From the sequence record DRR723986_8398: a stretch of DNA of 39,696 bases, one strand, 5' to 3'. Positions 35,894 through 39,696 of this stretch are shown here, piece after piece. How positions within the stretch are numbered: position 1 is the stretch's first letter; each line of letters starts with the position of its first letter. The position numbers and the translations under genes are program-made. The notes under the pieces were generated by a model, which had not been told where the DNA came from, did no database searches, and saw only the letters and a list, made by a program, of their open reading frames with translations.

Positions 35894-36647
35894 TCCTCGC
35901 GCCCTGTTTGATCTGACGGGTAAAGTTGCCTGCATCACCGGAGCGAGTTCCGGTCTTGGCCGCCGTGCAGCTATTGCATTGTCATTGGCAGGTGCGAAAG
36001 TTGTTTGTGTGGCGCGCCGCAAGGCTGCGCTGCAAAGCCTGTCAGCAGAGCTTGGGGACTGCGCAGCCCATGTCGCAGAGGATATCGCGGACCGTGGCAA
36101 CCTTGGTAATCTGTGCTCCGCGATCTCAGAGCCGTTTGGCGCCCCGGATATTCTTGTCCATGCAGCCGGCGTAAATACACGCGAACCGGCCGATGAAGTT
36201 ACATATGAGGGCTGGGATCAAACGCTGGCGCTCAATCTTTCGGCTCCGTTTTTCCTTAGCCAAGCCTTTGTGCCCGCCATGAAAACCAAAGGGTGGGGGC
36301 GGATCGTGAATTTCGCGTCTTTGCAAACAACCCGTGCCTTTCCGGGCGGCATTGCCTACGGAACCAGCAAGGCTGGCATCAGCCAGCTTACCCGTGCGAT
36401 GGCAGAGGCGTGGTCACCCCATGGCATCACAGCAAACGCAATTGGACCAGGCTTTTTCCCGACCGAACTGACACAGGCCGTCTTTAGTGACGACGCGCGC
36501 GCATCCCGTAATGCGGCCCAAACCTGTATCGGCCGCAATGGCAAACTTGAAGACATAGACGGGCCATTGCTGTTTTTGTGTTCGGACGCGTCTTCCTATG
36601 TGACCGGCCAAATTCTCATGGTCGACGGAGGGTTCACAGCAAAATGA
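35886..36647 (+). CDS. hpsO: SDR, DHPS 2-dehydrogenase HpsO
   Basis: TGASSGLG, YGTSK, GPGFFPT and VDGG motifs; overlaps hpsN by 8 nt. Confidence 0.82.
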   Translation: MADPRALFDLTGKVACITGASSGLGRRAAIALSLAGAKVVCVARRKAALQSLSAELGDCAAHVAEDIADRGNLGNLCSAISEPFGAPDILVHAAGVNTREPADEVTYEGWDQTLALNLSAPFFLSQAFVPAMKTKGWGRIVNFASLQTTRAFPGGIAYGTSKAGISQLTRAMAEAWSPHGITANAIGPGFFPTELTQAVFSDDARASRNAAQTCIGRNGKLEDIDGPLLFLCSDASSYVTGQILMVDGGFTAK

Positions 36648-37624
36648 AAGCTCTGGTTTATGAAGATGTCGAAACACTTGGGTTTCGCGATATGCCAAAG
36701 GCACAGGCCGGTAAAGGTGAACATCTCATTCGCGTGGTCGCTTCGGGTATCTGCGGATCAGATATGCATGCCTATCTGGGGCATGATGCGCGGCGTCCGG
36801 CGCCTTTGATCCTCGGCCACGAAGCCGCAGGGGTCATCGAAGGGGGGGCAGAAGATGGCCGGCGCGTCACCATAAACCCGCTTGTCACATGTAAAACCTG
36901 CTTGGCCTGCATTTCGGGGCGTGAGAACCTTTGCGCCGATCGCCAGATCATCTCGATGCCGCCGCGCGAAGGTGCGTTCGCGCAATTTCTGGCGATGCCC
37001 GGCAGTAACCTTGTGACTGTCCCGGATGATGTTGCGCTCGCCAAAGCTGCTCTTGCGGAACCGCTTGCTGTAAGCTGGCACGCCGCGAGGTTAGCGCTTG
37101 AAGCGTTGCATTCGAATATGGAAAGGCGGGCCCTTGTTATTGGCGGCGGCACCATTGGCCTTGCTGCGGCTCTCGCGTTACGCGCCATGGGCGTTGAACA
37201 GGTCACAATAATCGAGCCAAATGAAAAACGCCGTGGATATCTTGCTGAACGGTGTGGCCAGACAGTCTCTGACACGACAACGACCCCATCAACGATAGTC
37301 ATTGATGCGGTCGGCTATGCAGCAACGCGTGCGCTTGCATCACAAGTGGCAGCACCGGGCGGGGTGATCGCGCATATTGGCTTAGGCGAAGACACCGGCG
37401 GCCTTGATATCCGCCGCCTGACGCTTCAAGAAATCACCTTCATCGGAACCTATACCTACACTTCGCAAGACTTCCGAAACACCGCACAGGCAATTTTTGA
37501 GGGCCGCCTCGGGCCACTCGACTGGATCGAAGAACGTCCTTTGTCTGACGGTGCTCAGGCCTTTTCGGAGTTGCGCGAAGGTGCAATTGCAGCACCAAAA
37601 GTCATCCTCGACCCCTGGGCTTAA
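36644..37624 (+). CDS. hpsP: Zn-dependent alcohol dehydrogenase (MDR), DHPS 2-dehydrogenase HpsP
   Basis: ATG at 36644 (ATGA overlap with hpsO). GICGSDMH, GHE, structural Zn CKTCLAC...C and GGGTIG motifs. Confidence 0.82.
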   Translation: MKALVYEDVETLGFRDMPKAQAGKGEHLIRVVASGICGSDMHAYLGHDARRPAPLILGHEAAGVIEGGAEDGRRVTINPLVTCKTCLACISGRENLCADRQIISMPPREGAFAQFLAMPGSNLVTVPDDVALAKAALAEPLAVSWHAARLALEALHSNMERRALVIGGGTIGLAAALALRAMGVEQVTIIEPNEKRRGYLAERCGQTVSDTTTTPSTIVIDAVGYAATRALASQVAAPGGVIAHIGLGEDTGGLDIRRLTLQEITFIGTYTYTSQDFRNTAQAIFEGRLGPLDWIEERPLSDGAQAFSELREGAIAAPKVILDPWA

Positions 37625-37650
37625 CCCGGTGAGCCAGAAAGGAATTACCA

Positions 37651-38061
37651 ATGTATAGCAAAATCCTCGTCCCTATGGCCCTAGATCATGGAATTTCTCC
37701 GCAAACACTGGAAATTGCACGCGCATTATGTGCCCCGTCCGGCCAGATTTCCGCGCTGCATGTCTACGAGGTGCCCAAAGGCTCCGTTAGCACTTACATC
37801 GGAGAAGACACGGTGCGACAGGGATATGAGCGCGCCCTTGAAATCATGAAAGAAAAGCTTGCCGGGCTTGACGACATCCATGCCGAGATCACACGCGGGC
37901 AGGCCCATCGGGCGATTATTGATCATGCCGTGACGCATAACTTCGATTGTATCGTGATCGGGTCGCACAAACCCGGCCTTACCGACTATCTGATCGGCTC
38001 TACGGCGGCCCGTGTGGTGCGTCACGCACCTTGCGCGGTGCATGTGCACCGAGACACTTAG
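37651..38061 (+). CDS. Universal stress protein (UspA family)
   Basis: MYSKILVP, LHV, DCIVIGSH and LIGSTAARVVRHAPCAVHV motifs; RBS AAAGGA. Confidence 0.93.
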   Translation: MYSKILVPMALDHGISPQTLEIARALCAPSGQISALHVYEVPKGSVSTYIGEDTVRQGYERALEIMKEKLAGLDDIHAEITRGQAHRAIIDHAVTHNFDCIVIGSHKPGLTDYLIGSTAARVVRHAPCAVHVHRDT

Positions 38062-38178
38062 ACCTGCACAACTTCTTCACGGGTGATTAGGTTCTCGACT
38101 TTATGAATGCCAGACCTTCAACGCCAGCTTGCCCGTGAATTCTGGATGCAGCTCCCGCGCTGCAAGACCCGAGAAGGA

Positions 38179-38217
38179 TTGGCCACTTCCTTGCCAAGAA
38201 TCCTTGGAAGTGGCCAA
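38179..38217. terminator. 12-bp perfect inverted repeat between the convergent usp and AhpD-like genes; probable terminator
   Basis: TTGGCCACTTCC (38179-38190) / GGAAGTGGCCAA (38206-38217), 15-nt loop. Confidence 0.55.
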
Positions 38218-38236
38218 CGTTGATCAAAACCTGTTG

Positions 38237-38803
38237 TTATGCTGCGTCTTTCGCATTTCCGGTCCAGACATTTGGCGTAAACGCCTTGTCGAGCTCGGTT
38301 TCGGCGATGTGGTTGGTGTAATTCGACATGGTCTTGAGCGCAGTGCCCAGGATCACCTCCAACATAGTTTGGCGGGTATAGCCTGCTTCCAAGAACGCTT
38401 GGGTTTGCGTATGCGTGGGCCAGCCCCGGCTGTCGTTGATGGCAATCGCAAATTGACGCAATGCCTCCAGCTTGGGATCGGCAATCGGAGTATCGTTGCG
38501 CAGGGCGTCGATGACACTTTCAGCCACACCGCCCATCTGTGAAAGGGTTGTATGGGCTGCCATACAATAGGCACAGCCGTTCATCCGGTTGTTGGTCATG
38601 AGGATGATCTGGCGTTCGGTTTCGGACAGCTTGGCCTTGCCAAAGATAGTCGACAAAGTCGTGTAACCTTCGAGAATGGCAGGCGCTTCTGCCATTGCGC
38701 CATAGAGATTTGGCAGGAACCCATAATCATTCAGGGCGCGCTGCAGGATGGGTTTGGCCGCTTCAGGGGCGGTATCTAGGTCATGGGTGACAAAGTGGGT
38801 CAT
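38237..38803 (-). CDS. Carboxymuconolactone decarboxylase / AhpD-like peroxidase-related protein
   Basis: ATG at 38803 after AAAAGGA. GFLPNLY, ERQ...NGCAYCMAAH (CxxC + H) and SNYTNH motifs. Confidence 0.88.
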   Translation of the reverse strand: MTHFVTHDLDTAPEAAKPILQRALNDYGFLPNLYGAMAEAPAILEGYTTLSTIFGKAKLSETERQIILMTNNRMNGCAYCMAAHTTLSQMGGVAESVIDALRNDTPIADPKLEALRQFAIAINDSRGWPTHTQTQAFLEAGYTRQTMLEVILGTALKTMSNYTNHIAETELDKAFTPNVWTGNAKDAA

Positions 38804-38928
38804 CGGGAAATCCTTTTGGATAGCCCCGAGGAAAGGCTCGGGGCGTGGTATGGCAGTTGCTGTTTGCCTGATTGAGGAGGGAGAAAGGGGCAGCGTAGCG
38901 GTAGCTGTGCCGCCCCCGTCAGATCTGA

Positions 38929-39414
38929 TCAGAGTGCGCTGATGGGCGTGTTCACGATCTCTGGCCATTTGGCTTCAGCACCCTTGATGACCGCATCCTT
39001 GTCTTCGAGGTATTTTTCAAAGATGGCCGCGTTGACGAACAGATACAATTTGCCATCGACAATATCGGCATAACGGACATCGCCATCGAGCTTTTTGCCG
39101 ACAAAAACACCAAAGGCGCAAAAGCCACCGAACTGTGGAAGGTAAGCGGCAGGATCAGCGTCAAATTTTGACTGCGACTCGGCAGAGGAGAAATAATAGT
39201 CAATGCCATCATGTGCAGAGGTAAAGGCGGCGTCGCCTTGGCCGGGTGTGCTGCCCTGGAACATCGAGACAGGATCAACGCCGTGCATCCCCAAGGGATG
39301 GCCGGTCAATGTCAGACCATTGTTGACGTTGTATTCGTCCGCGGCAAAAGCAGATGTTCCGAGGGCCAGGGCCATTGCAGTGGCGATGCCGGGCAGAGTG
39401 CGAGAGAATTTCAT
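38929..39414 (-). CDS. Periplasmic YHS-domain protein (Cys form of the YHS (seleno)protein family)
   Basis: Signal peptide; GVDPVSMF, YYFSS...F.ADPAAYLPQFGGFCAFGV and IVDGKLYL motifs. The Cys is encoded by TGC. Confidence 0.85.
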   Translation of the reverse strand: MKFSRTLPGIATAMALALGTSAFAADEYNVNNGLTLTGHPLGMHGVDPVSMFQGSTPGQGDAAFTSAHDGIDYYFSSAESQSKFDADPAAYLPQFGGFCAFGVFVGKKLDGDVRYADIVDGKLYLFVNAAIFEKYLEDKDAVIKGAEAKWPEIVNTPISAL

Positions 39415-39455
39415 TGGTATTTCCTTTGTGAATTGGAGTTTTGAGGGGGGCGAGA

Positions 39456-39695
39456 TCAGGCAGAGCTGGCGATGCGTTTGACCGCGTCATCCGTCCACCA
39501 GACACCATTGGCCACCATGCGGAAGTTGATCAGCGCCGCGAGATAGCCGTCACCCTCTGGCACCTTCGCGCCGGCAGTTGCGTCGCGCACAACGGCAACC
39601 TCATAGCCCAGCTCAAGCAGGTCATAGAGATGGGCCTGTGTGCACAGGTTCGCGGACATGCCCGCAAGGATCACCTTGTCGATCCCGCGCTTGCG
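39456..39695 (-). CDS. Isochorismatase-family cysteine hydrolase, C-terminal part; start lies outside the window
   Basis: RGIDKVILAGMSANLCTQAH...GYEVAVVRDATA; frame is open to the window edge. Confidence 0.85.
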   Translation of the reverse strand, partial: RKRGIDKVILAGMSANLCTQAHLYDLLELGYEVAVVRDATAGAKVPEGDGYLAALINFRMVANGVWWTDDAVKRIASSA

Positions 39696-39696
39696 C

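Noticed and set aside
38929-39414. Possible selenoprotein (UGA read-through) in the YHS gene
   Set aside because: The conserved position is a TGC Cys codon and the ORF is uninterrupted.
1-39696. CRISPR arrays, tRNA/rRNA, IS/integrase or att sites at block boundaries
   Set aside because: No regular direct repeats, RNA gene signatures, transposase motifs or flanking direct repeats were seen by eye; the 27.2-28.1 kb region looks more AT-rich, but this was not quantified.

Overview
GC-rich alphaproteobacterial DNA; gene content suggests the marine Roseobacter group (inference). There are four blocks. (1) 1-20.8 kb is the distal part of a type VI secretion system (T6SS) locus: tssF (5'-truncated), tssG, clpV/tssH, vgrG, an uncharacterised helical protein, PAAR, tagH/fha, tssK, tssL(OmpA), tssM, tagF and pppA. 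It ends with an oppositely oriented ompA-like + ppkA kinase pair and a divergent membrane-anchored M15 peptidoglycan peptidase. No tssJ and no recognisable effector/immunity pair lie in the visible part. (2) 21-27 kb holds an orphan ORF, a TTC38-like TPR protein and a TetR regulator, converging on a GPH-family MFS transporter / alpha-beta hydrolase / SDR operon. (3) 27.2-38.1 kb is an organosulfonate catabolic cluster: an IclR regulator divergent from a GMC flavoprotein (isethionate dehydrogenase IseJ-like by context), TRAP DctP + fused DctQM, a DUF475/TerC membrane protein, the DHPS dehydrogenases hpsN-hpsO-hpsP and a universal stress protein. (4) 38.2-39.7 kb holds minus-strand AhpD/CMD-like, YHS-domain and isochorismatase-family genes. 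The best leads are a putative peptidoglycan-centred T6SS activation module (OmpA-like protein + PpkA + M15 peptidase, with a D-x-T-hydrophobic-I motif shared by TssL, TagH and PpkA) and an apparently merged isethionate/DHPS operon served by one TRAP transporter and one IclR regulator. No rRNA, tRNA, CRISPR array or mobile element was recognised. All family calls come from motif recognition and gene context, not database searches.
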